Source: Scyliorhinus canicula
Taxonomy: Eukaryota
Direction of reading: 5' to 3'
Length of the DNA: 38,358 bases
Assembly (NCBI RefSeq): GCF_902713615.1
Contig: NW_024055486.1
Location: 1-38,358, forward strand
Part shown: positions 32,616-38,358 of the stretch, piece after piece
Numbering within the stretch: position 1 is the stretch's first letter
How the letters are laid out: every line of letters starts with the position of its first letter
Program-made: the position numbers and the translations under genes
The notes under the pieces: generated by a model
What the model saw: the letters and a program-made list of their open reading frames with translations, nothing else
The model's database searches: none
Told to the model about the DNA's origin: nothing

Positions 32616-34785
32616 TACAACGCTCCCATGGCGAGTGTACAGACCAACAATACCAACTCCCAATACTTCCAGCTGCACAGGGGCACCAGACAAGGATGCC
32701 CACTGTCCCCGCTGCTGTTCGCACTAGCAATCGAACCGCTAGCAATCGCGCTCAGGGCAGCAAAAAATTGGAGGGGGATCCGAAGGGGAGGTAGAGAGCA
32801 CAGAGTCTCACTCTATGCGGATGATCTGCTCCTCTATATCTCGGACCCACAAAGCAGCATGGACGGAATCATCACGCTCCTGAAAGAGTTTGGAGCCTTC
32901 TCGGGCTACAAACTCAACATGAGCAAAAGTGAGATCTTCCCATTACACCCGCAAGGGGGGGGGGGGGCAGCACTAAAGGGGCTGCCGTTCAAACAAGCCC
33001 GACATAAATTCCGCTACCTGGGGATCCAAATAGCCCATGACTGGAAAGGGATCCACAATGGAACCTCACCAGCCTGACGGAGGAAGTTAAAAAGGACCTG
33101 CAAAGATGGAACACACTCCCGCTCTCCCTCGCGGGGAGAGTTCAGACGATCAAAATGAACGTACTGCCCAGGTTCCTCTTCCTGTTTAGATCCATTCCGA
33201 TCTACATCCCCAAGGCCTTTTTCAAAGCGCTGGACAAACTCATCATGGCGTTCATATGGGGGGGGGGTAAAAATGCTAGGATCCCAAAGAAGGTCTTACA
33301 AAAAACAAAAACCAGGGGAGGGTTAGCCCTCCCGAATCTACAACTCTACCACTGGGCAGCAACAGCCGAGCGAGTAAGGGGATGGATCCAGGAGCCAGAA
33401 GCTGAGTGGGTGCGTGCGGAGGAGGCCTCCTGCATGGGAACCTCCCTCCGGGCCCTCGCCACGGCAGCACTCCCATCCCCACCCAAAAAACACTCCAGCA
33501 GCCCAGTGGTGACAGCCACCCTCCAATCCTGGAACCAACTGCGGCAGCAACTTGGCCTGACCAAAATGTCGAACAGGGCTCCCATCTGCAACAACCATAG
33601 GTTCAAACCAGCACTGACCGACGCCACCTTCAAAAGGTGGAGGCAGGACGGGGGGACACTGACAGTCAGGGACCTATACACGGACGACAGGATCGCAACA
33701 CTGGACGAACTGACAGAGAAATTTCAGCTAGCTGGGGGGAACGAGCTACGGTACCTGCAGCTCAAAAACTTCCTACGAAAGAGACAAGGACGTACCCACA
33801 ACCGCCACGACAGACACTACTGGAAGACCTACTGGACGCAAGTATCCTAGAGAAAGGGAACTGTAGTGACATGTATGACCGACTGGTAGATAGGGACGAC
33901 ACCGTACTGGACGCAACAAGGAGGAAATGGGAGGACGACCTGGGGATGGAGATCGGGTGGGGACTCTGGAGCGAAGCACTGCATAGGGTCAACTCCACCT
34001 CCACGTGCGCAAGGCTCAGCCTGACGCAACTAAAAGTGGTACATAGAGCCCACTTAACAAGAACCCGTATGAGTAGGTTCTTCCCGGAGGTGGAAGACAG
34101 ATGTGAACGGTGCCAAAGAGGCCCGGCCAACCACGCCCACATGTTCTGGTCCTGCCCCAGACTCGTGGAGTACTGGACAGCCTTCTTCGAGGTAATGTCC
34201 AAAGTGGTGGGAGTGAGGGTGGAGCCATGCCCGATAGTGGCGGTCTTCGGGGTTTCAGAACAGCCAGATCTATTCCTGGGGAGGAGGGCGGATGCCCTTG
34301 CCTTTGCCTCCCTGATCGCCCGCCGTAGAATCCTGTTTGGCTGGCGGTCAGCAGCACCGCCCAGAGCTGCGGACTGGCTGTCCGACCCTCTCGGAATCTC
34401 TCCAAATGGAGAAAATCAAATTTGCCATCCGAGGGTCGGACGACGGCTTCCACAGAACGTGGGAGCCATTCATGCAACTGTTCCGGGACCTCTTGTGGCC
34501 AATGTACAAGAGGAAGAATAGTCGGGGGAAGGTAGCGGGGGGGGGGGGGGGGGGGGGCGACAGGTTCGTTACGGGGGTTCGATGGCTAGCTAAGGCCCAA
34601 AACCAAGCTAAATAACATGTTGAGGGGGGGGGGGGCGCAGTTACTACTACGAAGATGCTTACCTGTAAATATGTATGTTAATTTTTGCGTGTTTGTTTTT
34701 GTTTGTTTTTTTTTTCTCTCTCCTAACAATTTGTAATTTGTTCAATATAAATACGACAACTGAATAAAAACATTTATAAAAAAAA
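32616..34785 (+). mobile_element. 5'-truncated L1-clade LINE inserted in the retroelement
   Basis: RGTRQGCPLSPLLF, SLYADD, C-terminal CERC..HAHMFWSC; AATAAA 34763-34768; poly-A; TSD AAAAATGACTGGCC at 32602-32615 and 34786-34799. Confidence 0.93.
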
Positions 34786-35705
34786 AAAAATGACTGGCCA
34801 AGTCACACCCTGTGACTCCCCTCATTTTTTTTTCAAAACGAATTTAATGAACACAATACACCTAACAACTCTCCTCCTGCGAGCCGTCTCGCAGGCTTTG
34901 CTCATTTACCATCCGAATGTTCCTGGATGTAAATAGCATGTGGGATGGCGGCCTAAGGGCTGCCTAACGAAAAATGAAAACAAATTGGAAATGAAAGGTC
35001 GAATGGGTTGCGTATGGGCCGCTACGGGTACGATTTGAATGGGATCCCCAGGTAGGGCGTGCTGTGCCATACCCGAGCTTGGCTGACCAAAGTGGGTTCT
35101 CAGACAGGGCGGGTCCTCAGTGCCGTTTGTCCACTGCCTGAGTAACCTGGAGTAAACGGGCAAGAATGTGTTTAGCGTGGATTTGCAGCCTCTATTCGCC
35201 GAATAGAGGGGCACCTAAAAACAATGGAGGAGCCAAGATGCTCCTTCATCTGAAAACAGGGAACAAGTCGTGAACCGTGTCGGTTCACCAGAGGATACAA
35301 CTGAAGTTCTCAGAAGTTTCGGCAGACAAACTAACTTGCGTGCGAGGTGGTCGCACTCCTTACAACTGAAAAGATCTCCAATCAAACGGTTGGTTTGCGA
35401 ACCAAAGTTCTCAAAGGTATTTGCGGACAAACTAACGGGTGTGTGAGGTGGTCACAATCTTTTCAGCTGAAAAGATCTGTAATCAATCTCTTAACATATT
35501 AACAAACAAACATAAACTGACAAACAAACATACGTGCAGGTTCCATCAGAAAGGACATCGCTTCCCTCAAGCGGGTTCCTATTTTACATCATCTGAACAC
35601 CTCACTTTTCCTCTGTCTCTGTGAACAGGGTCACAAAGGGGTTGCCGTGTCGGGATTCAGACACCGTGTCGTCCTGCTCTCCCGGATCCCACACCCTTGT
35701 GTGGA

Positions 35706-37274
35706 TCAGGCATGATATTTTGAATTGTGTGACCGGGGGTCACTTTCGTCATTGCGGACAAGTCGGTACGAATTGTCCCTGTGCCAGAGTGTTGGGTCCA
35801 AAAGTGAATAGGTATTGTCGGGGTCGTCGGGGTCGGGTGGTGGGTCTGGGTTTTTAATGTAAGTGACTTCCATGGGGTCACTGTAGTCGGGGTCATAGTC
35901 GCTGCTATGTGGGCTGTAGTGTGGTGTGCTGTGGCTGTCCTCAGAGTCAGTGTCTGTATTGCTGTCTCTGCCGCGGCAGCTTGTGGGCGTTTCGGGGCGT
36001 GGTCTGTCATGGTCAGTGGGCGGAGTCGTGGGCGAGTCCGATGAAGAACTGGTCTGTGAGGGGGATGGTGGAAACGTGTCTCTAGTGGGTGGGGTGAGGT
36101 GTTCTGCTGCGTCTAGCAAGACATGGTGTGCATGGTTGGCCTGTGTTCCATATGCCTTTAACTGGTTGATATGGAACCACGCGGTCTTACCATTAGGATA
36201 TTTTATCCTATAAACTGAGGGGCTAATTTTATCCGAAATTGAGTATGGGCCAGAATATTTTGGTGCCAAAAAACTGCTGGGGTTGTATACAGATACATTA
36301 CCTGTTGCCCAACCTGGAATTCTGTGGGGTGAACGGTCTTGTTAAAACAAGCTGTGCGTTGTTTACGGCGTTTCCCTAGCTGAACTGCGGCTGCAATCTG
36401 TGCAGACCTCACAGTCTCAACCAAGTCTTTAACCGTCTTTTCGTGTGTGAGGGCCGTCACTTCGGGGCTAGTCATGTCCAGTCCTAAAAGGAATTCTGTA
36501 CCTTTCATAGGGCGTCCGGTCATGAGTGTGTGTGGTGTGTATCCTGTGGAAGTGGAAACTGTATTTCTGATGAACATTAATGCAAATGGGAGCACTGAAT
36601 CCCATGTGGAGTTGTTCTCTTGAACCCATTTTCCTAAGCGTGGATTGTTAGGGTCCGATTCATGCGCTCTACAATCCCGCTGGACTGTGGGTGATACGCA
36701 ATATGAAAATTTTGTTTTATTCCAAATATTGTCAGGAGTTCTTCATGACCCGTCCTGTGAAGTGAGATCCCTGGTCCGAATCGATGCTTCGGGGTAAACC
36801 CCATCTCGTGAAGATGTGGTGTGTCAGGATCTTTGCAGCTGTCTTAGCTGTATTCGTTCTAGAGGGGAATGCCTCTACCCATTTGGTAAAGGTATCGATG
36901 ACCACCAGAACGTATTTATAGCCATTCCTACAAGGGGGCAATGGGCCTATAAAGTCGATCTGGAGGTTTGTCCAGGGGCCATTAACTGGTCGAGTATGCC
37001 GAAGTTGTGCCTTTTTAGAATACCTCTCCGGGTTATTCTGGGCGCAAATAAGGCAATTCTCGATGTAGTGACCTACATCTGTCCTTAGGTTAGGCCACCA
37101 ACAGAGCTGCCTGAGGTGCCTCGTGGTTGCGTCGGTTCCTTGTTGCCCGTGTCCATCATGGAACAAAGCAATCATTTCATTCCTGTCCTGCTGTGGAACC
37201 ACATAAAGCTGATCCTTTATGATCACACCCTCATGTGTGGTCAGTGCGTGTCTGAATTTGTCATACTGTGGCAC
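35706..37274 (-). CDS. Integrase (frameshifted): zinc-binding, DDE core, GPY domain, Ser/Pro/Asp-rich tail
   Basis: HDGH..CLIC; WTNLQIDFIGPL; IDSDQGSHF; YHPQSSGIVERMN; PKYSGPY. Confidence 0.9.
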
Positions 37275-37399
37275 AAAGTTGCCTTGAAAATCTCCCTGAG
37301 ATCCTCATCTTGCTTTTGTGCCTCTACTAAATCTTTAATACTGGTCTGTGAGACTTGGACTGCGCTCACAGGGGCGCTAGCTGGTGCGCTAGCTGGGGG

Positions 37400-37860
37400 T
37401 GTCCATAAGTGTCCTCGCCTGGAACCTGCCTTAGCCAGTGCGTCGGCTTTTACATTCCCAGGGGGGATGACCTATGGTGGCTTCTTACTTTTATGATGCC
37501 GAAGGTCCTGTCTTCGCTTTCTCCAAAATGTGTTTTGAGTAAAGGGGCTGATGGAAGGGGTTTCCCATCTGCGGAGACAAAACCTCGTGTCCTCCACAGG
37601 GGCAGAAAATCGGTTTAAACTATTGCAGACATATAAACTGTCCGAATATATGTCCGCTGGGCTGGGGAAAGAATCGGGGTGGTCCACTATATAAGCTATG
37701 GCCGCGAGCTCTGCTGCCTGCGCGCCTAAGTGTCCGGGTAGTTTTAAAGCTATCTCTTCGAGAGCGCGCCCCTGCGCGTCCTCTACATAGATGCCGCATC
37801 CTGTGATACGCTCACCTTCTAAAACTGTGGATGAACCGTCTACGTATATCCTCAGTGGTC
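37400..37860 (-). CDS. Retroviral-type RNase H (frameshifted)
   Basis: Manual translation: RIYVDGSS..GAQAAELAAI..DIYSDSLYVCNS..GNVKADALAK. Confidence 0.85.
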
Positions 37861-38019
37861 CACACGTGTCTGTGGGTTGGGGGCTTTGTTTTGGGTTTCC
37901 CTATCTTCCTGGGGGGTGTCTTTGCTATAAAGGGTCCTGTGTTATGTAAGGGGGCTACAATTCACATTCATGGGGCTGTCCTGGGTATTGGAGGTTGTCA
38001 GCTAAAAATGTGTGTGTGC

Positions 38020-38358
38020 GGGTCCGTTGACTGTAATGTCCCGTCCTTGTAAAGTAGTGTCCACCTAGCTGCCCTAATCTGGCTAACTGAACCGTCCTTC
38101 AGTCGACCGTCTAGGAGTAACTGTGTGGGGTGTGCTCGGTCAAAATGGTGGTGGGGGTTGAGTCCGGTAATGTACGAAAAATATGCACTGCCCAGAAGAC
38201 AGCAAGGGGTGCCTCTCGCAGGCTGAAATCCTTGTTCAATGGGTCTAACAGTCGGGAGGCATAAGCCACTGGTCTTAGCTGCTCGTGCGTTCCTGAAGCA
38301 ACACGGCCGAGAGGGTCAGATCTGTGCTCGCTACCTATATGCATATGGGGAAAGTTGT
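38020..38358 (-). CDS. Degenerate gypsy-like RNase H (tether/connection domain), frameshifted
   Basis: EVAST..SAVLLQE..RPVAYASRLLDP..LAVFWAV..TILTEHTP..RAARWTLLLQ; EVAS and TEH replace the TDAS and TDH motifs. Confidence 0.75.

Larger units (their letters stand above)
30800..38358 (-). mobile_element. LTR retroelement / ERV-like (lokiretrovirus-like architecture), 3' half
   Basis: Degenerate gypsy-like RNase H, second retroviral-type RNase H, integrase, accessory region, PPT and LTR, in that order. Confidence 0.85.

Noticed and set aside
34906-35430. Two short minus-strand ORFs as possible env remnants
   Set aside because: No signal peptide, furin site, fusion peptide, heptad repeat or TM segment recognisable

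Overview
Eukaryotic, repeat-rich DNA, almost certainly from a cartilaginous fish (V-SINE/HE1-like SINEs, CR1, Rex/Babar and L1 LINEs; a catshark is likely, by inference). Three T-cell-receptor alpha/delta-like V segments lie on the + strand, each followed by a 23-type RSS: one 5'-truncated pseudogene at 14.8-15.1 kb and two apparently intact leader-intron-V genes at 26.0 and 28.4 kb. They are interleaved with or adjacent to a scrambled, partly decayed tRNA gene cluster (Pro, Val, Asn, Arg, His; about 6.8-23.3 kb). The tRNA-Pro copies of all three anticodon types carry an 18-nt insertion at the canonical intron site. The last 7.5 kb is the 3' half of a minus-strand LTR retroelement with a retrovirus-like tether + RNase H + integrase layout. 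It has a small signal-peptide/TM ORF where env would be, and is interrupted by a 5'-truncated L1 with a clean TSD. Most long ORFs in the supplied track are artefacts of minisatellites. Many frameshifts in the retroelements fall in short homopolymers and may be sequencing errors. All assignments come from reading the sequence; no searches were run.
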